Below, piece after piece: positions 60,858 to 64,000 of a DNA stretch of 64,000 nt. The DNA is taken from positions 186,001-250,000 of the forward strand of contig JAAOMT010000070.1 in the NCBI GenBank assembly GCA_016748015.1, in the 5' to 3' direction. The first letter of the stretch is position 1, and every line of letters starts with the position of its first letter. This stretch comes from Geosiphon pyriformis uo1 (lineage: Eukaryota > Fungi > Glomeromycota). Under the pieces are notes generated by a model that saw nothing but the letters and a program-made list of their open reading frames with translations, was not told the DNA's origin and did no database searches. The translations under genes and the position numbers were made by a program.

Positions 60858-63800
60858 TTTTTATTAAAGCTTAATGAGTAAAGTCCAACTGCTATCTAGT
60901 ATATAAAGCCAGACTAAGTGGTCCAAACTAAATACAACTTATGCATTTACTACATGTGGCTAGCCACTCAGACCAAACAAAGCAACATTACACATCTATA
61001 TGAACACAAACATCACCACCCAAACCAGAATAAAAAAAACAAGGTCTTTGATGGCCAAAACTAACAGCAAAAGACTCAACAATACTAAGCATCCTAATCA
61101 CATCATCTAAAAAAATATATACTAAACTACAAGACAAATCTGACACAACACCCCCATCTCCAACCAAACCAGTCTTTTCTATATCGACTCTGAACTTAAA
61201 TCTCACCAGCCAAGCTTTGGAATGATGCAGTTCTACCAAGTATCTTGTAAAATTAATGACTGCAAAGGTGGCTTTCTTTTTACATTCAAAAATTCCAATG
61301 GCCTTAGCCAACCAATTCTTAAGCACAAACTCTTTGCACACAACAACATAAGTCTTAGAGTCCAACAAACAAAAAGAGAGTGTCCTCAAAATGACAGAAA
61401 ATAAAGACTATCTAAAAGCACCTGCTAAAGCAGCCCAATGTGTAGAGGCTTCTGCCAAAATCTTATCACAAATACCAGTATCTTGACCACAAGTAAAAAC
61501 ATGATTTGGCAATTCTACTTTACTGCACAACAAGCACAGCATACTAGGATATTCTTTATCATATAATCTTTTTCTAACAACCATAGGCAATTATTTATGA
61601 ACTGCTTTCATTAAATATATGCAAAGATTGGATAACTTTCAACTTGTAAAACCAGCAAGTAAATGTGAGTCTGAATGCCAAATTTTTGCAGTAAAGTCCC
61701 AATTAATTTCCATAATAAGTAAACTGGGAACCATGTTACGACCAAGACCAACCTCCCATTGAGCACAACAAACAGACTGGAAAATATCTCTGACAAAATG
61801 ATAAGCATTGCCGAAAACAGCAGTATTCTCAGCCATCAAAAAATGCTTATGCACACCCATTGGCAAATAATAAAGAGAACCAGCAGCCACACCCACAGCA
61901 GCATCCACCCTAATGTTACCATAAATTTCAGAATGACTCTTGACCTTGACCCAACTAACTGTAAGATCCTTGTCCTTAATTAAATTATAAATATTTCTTT
62001 TCTCAATCCAACATTGATTGTAGAAATCAGATACTGCCAATGCCACCTCCAACACATATGCATCAATAGCTGTTTGACTGTTGAGGTATACAATCAAGAA
62101 ACAAGAAGATGGCACACATTCCAGAGACAAAGTGACAGCCTGCAATTCAGCCATAGTAAAAAAGGCAAAGCCATGCACTCCTACATTAATGCTCATGTCT
62201 AATGCCAGAAAATATGCCACAGTATCACTAACCACATCATCAGGCCCAGTATTCCTCAATGAACCATCTGAATAAACTTCAAACAAGCCAGACCAAATTT
62301 TATGTAAACTATCTTGCACCTTGGCAAACTCATTAGAATTCAGAATGTTCAAACCATCAGCCTGAAGAGACACAGACAGAACCAATGGTGAAAAGCTATT
62401 ACTGTACAGAAACCTTGATGTAACATCAAACCAGTAGGGAACAGAGCCTTTGAAATCCAATCTTTTCCACCAATGGAAGGTTTTCCAATCCATAACACAG
62501 CCCTTTTTATCAAAGAGCTTATCACTAAAAGCAATTTTAAAACATTTCAAAGACTAAACAAAACTAAGATATAAAGTCTTCTCAAGAATAGAAAACATAA
62601 GAAAAACACCAGAACTATGAAAAGCATTAGGCAACTCATTTGCCAATAACAGCTTATTAGCTAAAAAAATCCTAACCACTTTAGCTAAAAAATTGTTTAC
62701 AGGACTAAAAAGCAACTTAACTGAGAACTGCAAGGGATTTAGAGGAGCCCACTCCAAAACCTGCAGATCCAAGAATCTATGATGAAACAACCAACCAAGG
62801 ATGCCAGAAGCATTGGAGAATGAGACCACAGCAGTTAATTTATTCTCTGATTGCACTTGCTCAAAGGACTTCAGACTATAGAGCAAAAAATGGTGTAAAG
62901 CCTCATTAGGGAAATTTCAGGACAAGTGTGTTTTAGACTTGAGGCCCTTTTTAATCATGACATTCCACTTGTTGTACATACTTGATAAGACAAAACTAAA
63001 TTGAGTTTTATAACTAACAATAGGCTGCAAAACAGCTAACATCAAATAGGAAAACTGCTTGTCTATAATAGTCTTTCTAAGCACCACATTTACAAAGAAA
63101 TAAACATCAGCATAAGCCCTAACCAAATTCAGCTTGAAAAGTCTCTCAGTTGACAAAAAAATTCCCAGATATTTGTAAGTCTTGCCCTTTCCAGCCATGG
63201 AAATAGGTTGGCCATTAATACTTAAAGCAGCAAACTTAACACCTTGATTGATTGGAATGATCACTGTCTTCTCATTATTGATGGAAATGTCATTGATCGA
63301 AAAGAATTCACTGGCAATGTTCAGAGCATATTGCATAGAAGCTTAACAATCCTGACCCAAATTGTGTTATTCACAAATGCACCAGCTGCAAAAAATGAAG
63401 ATAAACCACTACTATTCTCAACTCTGCCAGTTTTTGCCACAAATTTAGTATCAATCTAATAACTGCACAAATGCTTATGTCTCTTAACTTTACACAAGAG
63501 AGGATCATAAAAGATTCTCTAAAGAAGGGGGGAGAAAACTTTATCCTGGTCCAATCTATCATGCACTCTATAGCCTTTTGAAAGGCCAAAATCTGTCATA
63601 ACTCTATTGATCCTATCTGTGTGTATGCTACCAAAAAATTTAATAAACCTATTGCATATCTTGATCCTATTTAAACTAGCCTCCAAGTAATGTCAACCAA
63701 CCGAGTCATATGCTTTGTGCATATCTTGCAAGATTAGCCAAAGTTCCCAACTCTTTTCCAATGTGTCTTCTACCACTGAACCAACTGCAAACACAGGAAA

Positions 63801-64000
63801 TTGAGTAGACATACTCTTCAAAACCAAAAAATTATCATCTTTAAAAACACCAAATTTATTGCATGCAGACGAAATCCTGTTGGAAATAACTTTGGAAAGA
63901 ATCTTTCTGGTGGTTTCAATTAAAGCAATAGGTTAAGTATTTATAAGAACTTCATTCCAGTCATAAGGTTTTGGAATCATTGAAACCCAAGCCTTTTTCC
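60858..64000 (-). mobile_element. Decayed LINE, 3' half (RT, RNase H, CCHC, 3' UTR); continues past the window end
   Basis: WVSMIPKPYDW, DMHKAYDSVG, AGAFVNNT, YKYLG, VYSDGS, MAELQAV, KVKSHS, CLLCSKVELPNHVFTC; 3' UTR shared with the other LINEs. Confidence 0.93.

Overview
AT-rich, transposon-dominated eukaryotic (fungal) window. The element proteins and the FAR1-type MULE motif resemble those I recall from Glomeromycotina (Geosiphon-like); that taxonomic call is an inference. Bases 1-17.9 kb are a nest of decayed Ty3/gypsy LTR retrotransposons: element B (+) is interrupted by A (-) and by full-length C (-), and C carries a solo LTR with an internal duplication. A second full-length Ty3/gypsy (E, 45817-55919) sits inside a LINE with a perfect 4-bp TSD. 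The full-length elements (C, E) have an unusual layout: long N-terminal domain, capsid, CCHC, protease, Cys-rich domain, dUTPase, RT, RNase H, integrase, then an extra conserved ORF3 ending at the PPT. Four recognisable RNase H-bearing LINE copies are present. Two AT deserts can be decoded as an almost fully C>T/G>A-converted fossil LINE and a fossil MULE transposon, which points to RIP-like hypermutation. Host sequence comprises a spliced TERT pseudogene (TEN domain plus TRBD-type motifs, ~24185-25890) behind a triplicated, partly inverted CGCG-rich promoter region, and one intact intronless 407-aa type I membrane protein with PY motifs (37987-39210). No tRNA, rRNA or CRISPR features were found. 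There is an assembly gap at 2400-2419.
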